Below, one piece after another: positions 8,681 to 18,000 of a DNA stretch of 64,000 nucleotides. Numbering within the stretch: the first letter of the stretch is position 1; each line of letters starts with the position of its first letter. A model generated the notes under the pieces. That model ran no database searches. It was not told where the DNA came from and saw nothing but the letters and a program-made list of their open reading frames with translations. The position numbers and the translations under genes were made by a program. This DNA comes from Myxococcota bacterium (GTDB lineage Bacteria > Myxococcota_A > Polyangia > Polyangiales > Sandaracinaceae): NCBI GenBank assembly GCA_036149055.1, contig JAYZQJ010000128.1:32001-96000 (forward strand), read 5' to 3'.

Positions 8681-9634
8681 TCACTCTCCCCGGGCGAGGG
8701 CGGCGACCTCGTCCCGGGAGAGGGCGCGGTCGAAGACGTGGATCTCGTCGAGGACCCCGTCGAGCGGGAAGACGAGGCGCGAGCCGTCGTTCTCGTCGGC
8801 GCCGATCAGCACGTCCTGGTTGCTGGGGATGACGGTCTCGCCCTCGGCGCGCGCGACCTCCACTCCGTCGACGTACACGAGCTTGTCGCCCCCGGCGTAG
8901 ACCAGCGCGACGTGCGTCCAGCGCTCGAGGGTCAGCGGGTCGGTGGCGTACACGGAGCGGATCTCCACGTCGTTCGTGGTGATGAAGCCGGGCCGCGGCG
9001 CGCCGGACGAGGCGTTGAGGAAGAGCTGCCACACGTTGGCGGAGCCCGAGCCGGCGGGGAGCCCGATGGCCGACTGGCTCCTCACGGTCTCGGGCGCGGG
9101 GTCGTGGAGGTAGAGCCAGAGCGCGACGCTGAAGTCGACGCCGCTGCCCGGCGGGACGTCGGGCACGAAGACCGGGTCGTACGACACACGCAGCCGGCGC
9201 GACTCGGCGGTGAAGTCGCAGCCGTTCCCCACCCGGCCGGCGACCACGTCGGGGCAGCCCGCGGCGTCGCAGCGCCCGTCCCGCGCGGCCCCGCTGACGT
9301 CGCGCACGAAGGCGCCGTCGAGCGCCTCGCAGGCGTAGCTCGCGACCGGACCGGCGGGGCCGGCGTCCGGCGCGCCTCCGTCCCGACCAGCGTCCCGACC
9401 GCCGTCTATCAGGCCTCCGTCGGCGGGGCCTCCGTCTCGACCGGCGTCGTCGGGAGGCCGGCCGGCGTCGGGCGCGTCTCCGGGCAGGCACACGCCGCTC
9501 GGGCCGCAGTGATGGCCGGGCGCGCAGGGGCACGGGCGGTCTTCGAGCACGTCGGCCGGCACGACGCAGCCCACCGCGAGCAGGGCCGAGAGCGTCAGCC
9601 GAGCCGCCTGGAGGCCGCGAGACCAGGTCGTCAC
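8681..9634 (-). CDS. LamG/concanavalin A-like domain lipoprotein
   Basis: Lipobox LAVG-C, Cys-rich start, DAG/DGG linker, FSVALW...WTHVALVY...VYVDG...GVLDEIHVFDRALS. Confidence 0.85.
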   Translation of the reverse strand: MTTWSRGLQAARLTLSALLAVGCVVPADVLEDRPCPCAPGHHCGPSGVCLPGDAPDAGRPPDDAGRDGGPADGGLIDGGRDAGRDGGAPDAGPAGPVASYACEALDGAFVRDVSGAARDGRCDAAGCPDVVAGRVGNGCDFTAESRRLRVSYDPVFVPDVPPGSGVDFSVALWLYLHDPAPETVRSQSAIGLPAGSGSANVWQLFLNASSGAPRPGFITTNDVEIRSVYATDPLTLERWTHVALVYAGGDKLVYVDGVEVARAEGETVIPSNQDVLIGADENDGSRLVFPLDGVLDEIHVFDRALSRDEVAALARGE

Positions 9635-9690
9635 CGGGACAGTCTACCAGCGCCGCTCGACGGAGGCGCCGTGGGGGCTAGCTCCGGAGC

Positions 9691-10044
9691 ATGCTGCACC
9701 TGCGCGAGCGGAACGGGAGCCGGGTCGTCGTCGAGGCCACCGGGAAGCTGACCGAGGCGGACTACCACCGGCTCGTGCCGCAGCTCGAGCACGCGATGGA
9801 GCTCGGCGGGAAGCTCCGCATGATGGTGCGCCTGCTCGACTTCAAGGGCTGGACGGTGGGCGCGCTGATCGAGGACCTGGGCTTCGACCTCCAGCACCGA
9901 AACGACATGGAGAAGATCGCGGTGGTCGGCGAGCGGCGGCTCGAGGCGTTCGGCGTCGCGCTCTCCAAGGCGCTCTTCAGCGGCGAGCTGCGCTACTTCG
10001 AGGACGAGGCGAGCGCCCTCGCCTGGCTCGACGCGGACGCGTAG
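9691..10044 (+). CDS. STAS/SEC14 (SpoIIAA-like) domain protein
   Basis: GKLTEADY...FKGWT...KIAVVG...LRYF...ALAWL; GGAG RBS. Confidence 0.85.
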   Translation: MLHLRERNGSRVVVEATGKLTEADYHRLVPQLEHAMELGGKLRMMVRLLDFKGWTVGALIEDLGFDLQHRNDMEKIAVVGERRLEAFGVALSKALFSGELRYFEDEASALAWLDADA

Positions 10045-10053
10045 CCTCGGGGC

Positions 10054-10605
10054 GTGCCGCGATACGCCCCGATCGATCCCGACGCGCCCGACGTGCTGAC
10101 CGTGGACGGCCTCCTCTCCGCCGAGGAGTGCGCGCGCGTCATCGCCGACGCGGAGCGGCGCGGCTTCGAGGCGGCGACCATCGCCTACCGGGACGGCGCC
10201 CGGCTGAACCCCGAGGCCCGGAACAACACGCGGGTCGACCTCGAGGACGCGGCGCTCGAGCGCCTGCTCTTCGAGCGGGCCGGGCCGGCGCTGCCGACGC
10301 TGCACGGCGAGCGCGCGGTCGGCCTGAACCCGCGGCTGCGGGTGTACCGATACGGACCGGGCGAGCGCTTCGCGACGCACCGCGACGGCTGGGTGGAGCT
10401 CGACGGACGGCGCAGCCGGCTGACCCTGATGGTCTACCTCTCGGCGGTCGAGGAGGGCGGGGAGACGACCTTCACCCGCCTGGCGCGCCGGGTCGCCCCG
10501 GCCCCGGGACGCGCCGTGCTCTTCCAGCACTCGCTCCTGCACGCGTCGGAGCCGGTGGTCCGTGGGACGAAATACGTGTTGCGCACCGACGTGCTCTTTG
10601 GCTGA
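10054..10605 (+). CDS. 2OG-Fe(II) oxygenase (prolyl 4-hydroxylase-like)
   Basis: RVYRY..GERFATHRDG (HxD), GGETTF, LLH...KYVLRTD. Confidence 0.9.
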   Translation: MPRYAPIDPDAPDVLTVDGLLSAEECARVIADAERRGFEAATIAYRDGARLNPEARNNTRVDLEDAALERLLFERAGPALPTLHGERAVGLNPRLRVYRYGPGERFATHRDGWVELDGRRSRLTLMVYLSAVEEGGETTFTRLARRVAPAPGRAVLFQHSLLHASEPVVRGTKYVLRTDVLFG

Positions 10606-10707
10606 CCGGGGCAGATCGCCGCATGGAGATCACCAGAAAGGGGCGCAGACGGGAGGCGGCACGACGTGTGATCATGGGGAAGGCCGAAACCCTCTGATGG
10701 AGATTTC

Positions 10708-10860
10708 ATGAGCGCCATCCTGACCCTGCCCATCACCTGCGTCCTCTGCGGAAAGCGCCGCATGGAGAGCCTCCGCCCGGCGGACGCGTGGGAGTGCCGC
10801 GACTGCCGCGACACCAAGAAGGAGAAGGAGTCCTCGTCGGACTGGAAGGCGGCCGGATGA
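10708..10860 (+). CDS. Small CxxC-x15-CxxC zinc-ribbon-like protein (50 aa)
   Basis: GGAG RBS 5 nt before ATG; MSAILTLPITCVLCGKRRMESLRPADAWECRDCRDTKKEKESSSDWKAAG*; GC-rich third codon positions; below the ORF-track cutoff. Confidence 0.7.
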   Translation: MSAILTLPITCVLCGKRRMESLRPADAWECRDCRDTKKEKESSSDWKAAG

Positions 10861-10965
10861 TCACCTGATGCGATCGAGGCGGGCACCGCGTGTACGCGGT
10901 CCCCCTCGGTCGACATCGACGCGCCGGGTCCGACCGCGGGCACGCGCGTTGCCGATCGAGCGGTC

Positions 10966-11712
10966 ATGCGACGGATCGGCATGGGCGCGGCGTGGGTCCT
11001 CACGCTGCTGGTGGGGGCGCTCCTTCTCTCGGGCTGGCTGGGCTGGCTCGACATGGAGCGGGCGCTGGAGCTGGTGATGGGCGCGGTGTCGCTGGGCGGG
11101 CTGTGGCTCGTGGTCTGGCTGCCGTGGGATCTCTACTTCGGCGCGCGCGGGCTCGCGGCGGAGCAGGCCGACGGAACCGCGCGGGGCATCGAGGTCAGCG
11201 AGGCCGACCGCGCGGAGGCGAGGCGGCTCGCGCCCCGGCTGCTCGCCCTGTGCCTCTCGCTCCACGTCGGCGCGGCCGGCGGCCTCGCGCTCACCGCCTG
11301 GCTCACCGAGGGCGCGCTCGGCTACTGGTTCGCGGCCGCCTACCTCGTGGCCATCGGCCTGCGACCGCTCGGCGCCTTCTACCGCCACGTGAGCGCGCGC
11401 CTCGACGCGCTGCACGCCCGCACCCGTCACCCGCGCGAGGACGTGGTCGCGCTCCGCCATCGGGTGGAGACCCTCGAGCACGAGCTCTCCGCGCTGCGAG
11501 AGCGGGAGCTGCCGGCGCTTCGCGACCGGGACGACGCGCTCGAGGCGCAGCAGAGCGCCGATCGACACGAGGCGCGCTCCCGCCTCACCGCGGTGGACGC
11601 GAAGATGGACGAGGTGCTGCTCGAGCTCGAGCGCTCGGTGGCCCGCCTCACCCGGGACCGCGAGCTCCTGCAGGGGATCCGCGCCTTCGTGCGGGCGGTG
11701 AAAGAGGCGTGA
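10966..11712 (+). CDS. Membrane protein with C-terminal coiled coil
   Basis: Four hydrophobic segments, WLPWDLYF motif, heptad-rich C-terminus. Confidence 0.75.
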   Translation: MRRIGMGAAWVLTLLVGALLLSGWLGWLDMERALELVMGAVSLGGLWLVVWLPWDLYFGARGLAAEQADGTARGIEVSEADRAEARRLAPRLLALCLSLHVGAAGGLALTAWLTEGALGYWFAAAYLVAIGLRPLGAFYRHVSARLDALHARTRHPREDVVALRHRVETLEHELSALRERELPALRDRDDALEAQQSADRHEARSRLTAVDAKMDEVLLELERSVARLTRDRELLQGIRAFVRAVKEA

Positions 11713-11747
11713 GGAATGCTTCGGGGCGCCCGTGGCATTCTCTGTCC

Positions 11748-12368
11748 ATGAGCCGGCGCGTCCTGGATCTCGTGCTCGCGGGCGGAGCCACCGGGTTCTT
11801 CCTGCCGCTCCAGCTCGGCGCGGCCGCGCTGATCCGCCTGGAGGACGGCGGCCCCGCGATCTTCCGGCAATCGCGCCTCGGCAAAGACCGCGTGCCCTTC
11901 GTGGTGCCGAAGCTGCGCACCATGCGGGACGGGGAGGTCACCCGGGTCGGGCGCTGGCTGCGGGCCACCGGGATCGACGAGACGCCGCAGTTCCTCTGCG
12001 TGCTGCGCGGGGACATGGCGATCGTCGGGCCGCGGCCGCTCACCGCCGCCGACGTGGCGCGCCTCGGCTGGACCGGGCCCGAGCACGACGCGCGCTTCGC
12101 GGTGCCGCCCGGGATCACCGGGCTCGCGCAGGTCTTCGGGGGCGTGAGCGCCCGGCACTCGCGCGCGCTCGACGCCCTCTACGCCCGGCGCGCCTCGGTG
12201 GGGCTGGATCTCTGGCTCATCGGCGTCTCGTTCGCGATGAACCTCGCCGGCAAGCGGCGGGTGCGCGGCTGGCTCAGGCGGGCCCCACGACCGCTCGGCG
12301 CCCGCTCGCGACCGCTCGGTCGATCGGCGGCAACGTTCCGGCCCGACCGGCTGTCCGAGTCGCGATGA
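11748..12368 (+). CDS. Minimal bacterial sugar transferase (monotopic phosphoglycosyl transferase)
   Basis: 3' part of ORF 10890..12368: RRVLDL, DGGPAIFRQSRLG, KLRTM, GIDETPQF, VGPRP, PGITGLAQV. Confidence 0.85.
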   Translation: MSRRVLDLVLAGGATGFFLPLQLGAAALIRLEDGGPAIFRQSRLGKDRVPFVVPKLRTMRDGEVTRVGRWLRATGIDETPQFLCVLRGDMAIVGPRPLTAADVARLGWTGPEHDARFAVPPGITGLAQVFGGVSARHSRALDALYARRASVGLDLWLIGVSFAMNLAGKRRVRGWLRRAPRPLGARSRPLGRSAATFRPDRLSESR

Positions 12369-13915
12369 CCATCGCCCCCGACGCCCCCTTCCGCGAGCAC
12401 GTGAAGCCGCGCCCGCTCCCCCGGCCCTTCCGCGAGCCGCCTCCCCTGCCCCGCGCGGCCGGCCGGCCGAGGCCGAAGACCGCGCTGCTGATCAACCCGT
12501 TCTACCCGAAGGATCCACACGCCAGCTTCGGCAAGCACGTGCTGACGCCCACCCTCGCGCTCACCAGCGTGGCCGGCGCGACGCCGCCCGACTGGGAGGT
12601 GGCCTACTGGGACGAGAACCTGCTGAGCGGCGCCGCGCCGGCGGACCCGCCGCCCGCGGTGGTGGGGATCACCGTGCACCTCACCTTCGCCGACCGCGCG
12701 TTCGCGCTCGCTCGGGCCTACCGGGCGATGGGGTCGAAGGTCGTGCTCGGCGGGCTGCACGTGATCTCCTGCCCGGAGGAGTGCGCGCCGCACGCCGACG
12801 CGCTCGCGCTCGGCGACGGAGTCCAGCTCTGGGGCCGGATCCTGGGCGACGCGGCCGCCGGCCGGCTCGCGCCTCGCTACGAGGTCGACTTTCGCAGCGA
12901 CTACGCCGCCGATCCCGCGCCCCGCCGCGACCTGCTGAAGCGGCGCGCGTTCCTCACGACCACGAGCCTCAACGCGACCCGCGGCTGCCACAACCGCTGC
13001 GGCTTCTGCTACCTCGCCACCGACGGGCTGCGCATGCCCTACCGGATGCGCGAGCCGGCGCAGATCGCGCGCGAGATCGAGGAGGACGGCCAGCCCTACG
13101 TCGTCTTCACCGACAACAACCTCGGCTCCTCCAAGCGCTACCTGCACCAGCTCTGCGAGGCGCTGCGCCCCCTGGAGATCATCTGGAGCGCGGCGGTGAC
13201 CATCGACGTGACCGACGACCCGTCGCTCGTCCGCGCGATGGCGCTCAGCGGCTGCACCGGCGTCTTCATCGGCTTCGAGAGCCTCTCGGGCGAGAACCTC
13301 GACGACGCCCGCAAGAAGACGCCGCGGCCGGAGGACTACGCGCGCCGGGTGCGCCTGCTCCACGACCACGGCATCCAGGTGAACGGCAGCTTCGTGGTCG
13401 GCTTCGATCACGATCGCGCCGACTGCTTCGCCGAGCTCGCGAGCTGGGTCGAGGACAACCGCCTCGAGAACGCGACCTATCACATCCTCACGCCCTACCC
13501 GCGCACGCCGCTCTTCCGGCAGCTCGAGGCCGAAGGCCGCATCCTGCACCGGGATTGGCGACGCTACGACACCGCGCACGTCGTCTTCCGTCCGAAGCAC
13601 CTGCGCCCGGACGAGCTGCAGCGCGGCTACGAGTGGCTCTACCAACGCACCTTCGGCGCGGCCTCGATCTGGCGACGCCGGCCGGACGACCCGCGCGCGG
13701 TGCCGCCGTACCTGGCGATGGCCTACCTCTACAAGCGCTCGAACCCCCTCTGGCGCCTGCTCATCGAGCGGGACCTCACCCAGTGGGCGTGGCGGCCGCT
13801 CGTCGAGTGGACGCGGCTCCGGCACGTGCGGAGGCGGGCCGAGCTGGCGGCGAGGCCGCTCGAGGGCGCGACCACGAAGGTGCGCCTCCCCACGGTGGTG
13901 CACGCCAGCGTGTGA
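12365..13915 (+). CDS. B12-binding domain radical SAM protein
   Basis: ATGA overlap with upstream gene; KVVLGGLH, TRGCHNRCGFC (CxxxCxxC), FTDNN, IGFES, GFDHD, TPYPRTP. Confidence 0.9.
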   Translation: MTIAPDAPFREHVKPRPLPRPFREPPPLPRAAGRPRPKTALLINPFYPKDPHASFGKHVLTPTLALTSVAGATPPDWEVAYWDENLLSGAAPADPPPAVVGITVHLTFADRAFALARAYRAMGSKVVLGGLHVISCPEECAPHADALALGDGVQLWGRILGDAAAGRLAPRYEVDFRSDYAADPAPRRDLLKRRAFLTTTSLNATRGCHNRCGFCYLATDGLRMPYRMREPAQIAREIEEDGQPYVVFTDNNLGSSKRYLHQLCEALRPLEIIWSAAVTIDVTDDPSLVRAMALSGCTGVFIGFESLSGENLDDARKKTPRPEDYARRVRLLHDHGIQVNGSFVVGFDHDRADCFAELASWVEDNRLENATYHILTPYPRTPLFRQLEAEGRILHRDWRRYDTAHVVFRPKHLRPDELQRGYEWLYQRTFGAASIWRRRPDDPRAVPPYLAMAYLYKRSNPLWRLLIERDLTQWAWRPLVEWTRLRHVRRRAELAARPLEGATTKVRLPTVVHASV

Positions 13916-14581
13916 TCAGGCGCGGCGCGACCGGCCGACCCAGCTCTCCATGCGATCGAGGGACGCGAGGAAGCGCTCGTGGATGTCCTCCACCGTGCTC
14001 TTCTTCACGCTCTCGCGGGCGAGCAGGTGATCGCGCCAGCGCTGCACGTTCGGGAAGCCGGCGAAGACGTCGATCGAGTCGTCGACCGCGTCCATCCAGG
14101 TCAGCCGCTGCAGCCCCGGCGCGGTGGCGCTGTCGACCAGCGACATCTCCGCCCCGTAGAAGAAGGGCCCCTTCACCTCGGCGTCGAGCTTCTCGAGCCG
14201 CTTCCGGACCTCCGCGAGCGCCTCGGTCGCGGCCTCCTCGTCCTTGGCCGACTGCAGGCGCCAGGCGTCGCCGAGCAGGGTGGAGGAGAGCTCGATCCAG
14301 GCGCGCCCGTAGGCGCGCTCGAGCGAATCCTCGGGCAGCATCCGGCCCTCGGTCACCTCGTCGAGGTACTCGTTGATGACCGCCGACTCGAAGAGCACGG
14401 TGTCTTCGTCGACGATCAGCACCGGCACCTTGCCGAGCGGAGAGATGTCGAGGAACCAGTCCGGCTTGTCCTTCAGGCTGATGTAGCGGATGTCGAAGGG
14501 GACGCCCTTCTCGTTCAGCGTGATCACGCTGCGCTGCACGAAGGGACAGAGCTCGAAGCTCACCAGCTCGAAGTGGGGCAT
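13916..14581 (-). CDS. Glutathione S-transferase family protein
   Basis: CPFVQRS, SPLGKVPVL, LFESAVINEYLDE. Confidence 0.93.
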   Translation of the reverse strand: MPHFELVSFELCPFVQRSVITLNEKGVPFDIRYISLKDKPDWFLDISPLGKVPVLIVDEDTVLFESAVINEYLDEVTEGRMLPEDSLERAYGRAWIELSSTLLGDAWRLQSAKDEEAATEALAEVRKRLEKLDAEVKGPFFYGAEMSLVDSATAPGLQRLTWMDAVDDSIDVFAGFPNVQRWRDHLLARESVKKSTVEDIHERFLASLDRMESWVGRSRRA

Positions 14582-14644
14582 GCCCGCTCTCTAAGGCCGA
14601 CGCGCGGCGTTGCCACCCGGGATCTCGGGCTCCAAGCTCCCCCG

Positions 14645-15061
14645 GTGACCGAGCCGCGCATCACCGCCGACGAGCTGTCTCGCCTGCTGCGGGAGACGAT
14701 CCCGCTGACCACGCAGGTGGGGCTCCGCGTGACCTCCATCGGCTGGGGCACCTGCTCGGTGCTGCTCCCGGCCAGCGACACGACCCTGCGCGCGGGCGGG
14801 ACGGTCAGCGGACCGGCGATGTTCGCGATCGCCGACACCGCCCTCTACGGCGCGGTGCTGAGCCGGATCGGCATGGAGCCGCTCGCCGTCACCAGCGACC
14901 TGACGCTCCGGTTCCTGCGCAAGCCGCCCCGCGCGGACCTCCACGGAGAGGGCCGCCTGCTCCGGCTCGGCCGCCGCCAGGCGGTGGGTGAGATCCAGAT
15001 CTTCGGCGACGATCGAGAGACGCTCGTCGCCCACGCGACCGGCACCTACGCCCTGCCCTGA
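14645..15061 (+). CDS. PaaI family thioesterase (hotdog fold)
   Basis: 3' part of ORF 13979..15061 from GTG; GGTVSGPAMFAIAD, LTLRFLRK, VAHATGTY. Confidence 0.88.
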   Translation: MTEPRITADELSRLLRETIPLTTQVGLRVTSIGWGTCSVLLPASDTTLRAGGTVSGPAMFAIADTALYGAVLSRIGMEPLAVTSDLTLRFLRKPPRADLHGEGRLLRLGRRQAVGEIQIFGDDRETLVAHATGTYALP

Positions 15062-15063
15062 TC

Positions 15064-18000
15064 CTACTCGGCGCGGACCTCGACGACCCGGAGGTCGTCC
15101 ATGCCGATGAGGGCCATCGCGTCGGTGACCGACATCGGCACGTGCGCGCCCGCGACCGTCGAGAGGCCTCCGGTGGGGTCGATCTCCCGGAAGCGCTCGC
15201 CGTCGTGGTAGGTGACCCAGGCGTGCGCGACCAGCTCGCGCGCCGCGATCGCGAAGCCGTCCCGCTCGGTCGCCGGGATGCCGCGGCTCCGCAGCAGCGC
15301 CACCGCGAGCCGCGCGTGCTCGGTGCAGTCGCCGCGGCCGCGCGCGAGGATGGTCGAGGCGTCGAGGTTCTCGCTCGTCAGCTCGTAGCGCAGCCGCTCG
15401 GACACGAAGCGCGAGACCGCCGCGGCCACCTCCGCGGGCGAGGCGTCGGCCGGGGCGAGCGCGGCGGCCGCCTCGGTGATCGACGCGGCGCGCAGGTCGA
15501 GGATCGGGTCGGCGTGGAGCAGGCGCGTCCGCTCGTCGTCGCTCAACGACGCGGGCTCGGCCTCGGTGGCCACCGTGACCTCGAGCCGACGGGGGCCGAC
15601 GACCCGCGCGCTCACCCGGCGCCGGCGGCCGAAGAGGCGCGCGGCGACGAGCTCGGGATCCGAGGTCTCGATCACGAGCGTCAGCGCGCGATCCTGCTCG
15701 GCGTCGCGGACCCGCCGCGGCAGGGCGATCGCGTTGCGCGGGCTCTCGAGCGCGCGGTCGATCACCAGCCGCGTGTCGCCCTCCTCGGCCAGGTTGGGGA
15801 GCGCGCGCGTGACGACGCGGACCGTGTCTCTCTCCACCGTCGCCTCGAACGACAGCTCGCGCCCGAGGCCGACCATCGCGCCGAGGAACCCCAGGCCGTT
15901 GCGGCGGCGATCGTCGGCGGAGAGCGCGCCGGCGAGGCCGAGCACCATCGCCGAGGCGCGCGCGCCGTCGAGCGAGCCGGAGGCGACCCGCGGCTCGGTG
16001 GCCCCCGGCGCGCGGTCCCGGGTGGCGACCACGTCGGCCTCGTGGGTGCCGACCACGAGGAGCGCGCCGCGGCGGGCGTAGCGGAGGCCTTCGTGCGTGA
16101 CGAGCTGGCCGTCGGCCGGGTACGGGATCTCCGCGTCCCCGAACGCCGCCTCCATCTCCTCGCCGGCCCGCACCGCGGCGACCCAGCGGTCCCAGAGGCC
16201 CTCACCGACCGTCGGGTACCAGCCGAAGGCGAAGCCCTCGGCCCGAGACAGCAGCGGGTACGGCGGGCGCAGCGGCTCGTCGCCTCGGTCGTAGGGCGTC
16301 GCGAGCCCGGCCGCGGTGCCCGCGTCGATCGCCAGCGCGATGCGGGCCACCGCGCCGTCCGGGAGGCGGGCCGCGAGGTCGCTGACGTCGGCGAGCGCCT
16401 CGTCCTCCGCCGGGAGCGTGATCTGGGTGGTGATGCCGGCGCCGTCGGCGACCATCTCCAGGCTCACCTCCGACCACGGCATCGGCACGCTCTCGTCGAG
16501 CTCCACGTCGACGTTGGCCATCTGGAGCACCGCGCCCTCGGACCAGTCGCGGGTGAGCCGGCGGAAGGTGCGGTCGCCGGCGAGCGTGCGCGAGCGCGGC
16601 AGCGGCCGGCCGAGGAGCGCGCGGGCCATCGTCTCGAGCCCGAAGAACATCACCCGGTCGCCGGTGAAGAGGTAGTGCTCGGTGTCGATCGAGCCGTCGC
16701 CGCCCTCACGCACCTGGAAGGTGGCGAAGCGCTCGAAGGTCACCCCGCCGAGGTCCACCACCCCGCGCGAGCGCTCCTGGGCCAGCACGCCGCCGCGCGG
16801 CGGGACGCCCGAGGGCTCCTCCGGGGCCGGCGGATGCAGCATCGCGTCCACCGCCGAGGGGAGCGCGCCCGCGATCGAGGGGAGCGACGCCGCCAGGCTC
16901 GAGACCTCGAGCTGGAGCGCGACGCCGCTGTTGGTCCCGAAGGGGCGCCGGGCGAGGATCTCGCGCACCCGATCGCGGTCGCGCACGTAGGCGGTGCACA
17001 CCCACGAGGGCGGGAAGCGATCCGAGCGCGCGCACTCCACCGGGCGCTCGAGGTCCAGGCCGCCGTCGGGCCCGAGCAGCTCGCCGCCCATGTTCTCGAC
17101 CATCATCGCGATCGAGCGCCGCGCGATCGCGGTGTCCATCGCGCTCCCGGAGCGCAGGCGATCGTGGAGCTGCTGGAGCGTGGCCAGGAAGAGGCCCGGC
17201 TGCGGCACGCGGGTGTAGGTCCAGTGGCCGCCCGGGAGCACCTCGGGGAGCGGCGCGGTCGCCATGCGCTGCACGAGGCTGCGGGACAGCCGCGCGCGGT
17301 GACGCACCGGCTGGGCGGCGCGCCAGTCCTCGGCGATGCGCTGCACGCGCGAGTTCTCGGAGCGCTCGCGGCCGAGCGCGTGGCGGAGCGCGGTGAGGTT
17401 CCAGTCGAGCCGGTTGTGGAGCGCGCGGAGCGCCGGGTCCTCGCTGCCGTCGGTGGCGTCGAAGGCGCGCTGCAGCCGGGGCAGGTCGTCCGGATCGAGC
17501 TCCCGCGCGAGCAGCCAGGAGAGGGTCTGGGTGAGGCGCCGGTCGGCGTCCTGGCCGTAGTCGGTGATCGCGTCGAAGCGCGCGCGGAGCGCGGTCACGT
17601 CCTCCGGCTCGAAGGACTGGTAGAACGAGTGGAGCGCGTGCATCGCGTCCTCCGGTCGCCCGGTCCGCACGATCTCTCGCATGCGCTCTCGCGGCACCGT
17701 GTCGCCCACCGCGTAGTTGGAGGCGAACGCGAGCGCGCGGACCCGCTCCTCCGCGTGGCCGAGGAGCGCGCTGGTGACCGACACGCGCTGCGCGGGCGGG
17801 AGCGCGCCGATCATCTCGACGAGCCCCATCGGCGGCAGCCGGGTCTCCATGCGCCCCGTGCCCGACGCGGCGCGCTCCGGCGGCAGCTCGGCGATCGCCG
17901 TCACCAGGGCCTCGGCCGTCTCCGCGTCGGCGCGGACCGCCGCGACGCCGAGGTCGTGGATGCGCGGATCGGGGTCGAGCGTGGCCGCGAGCCCGAGCGC

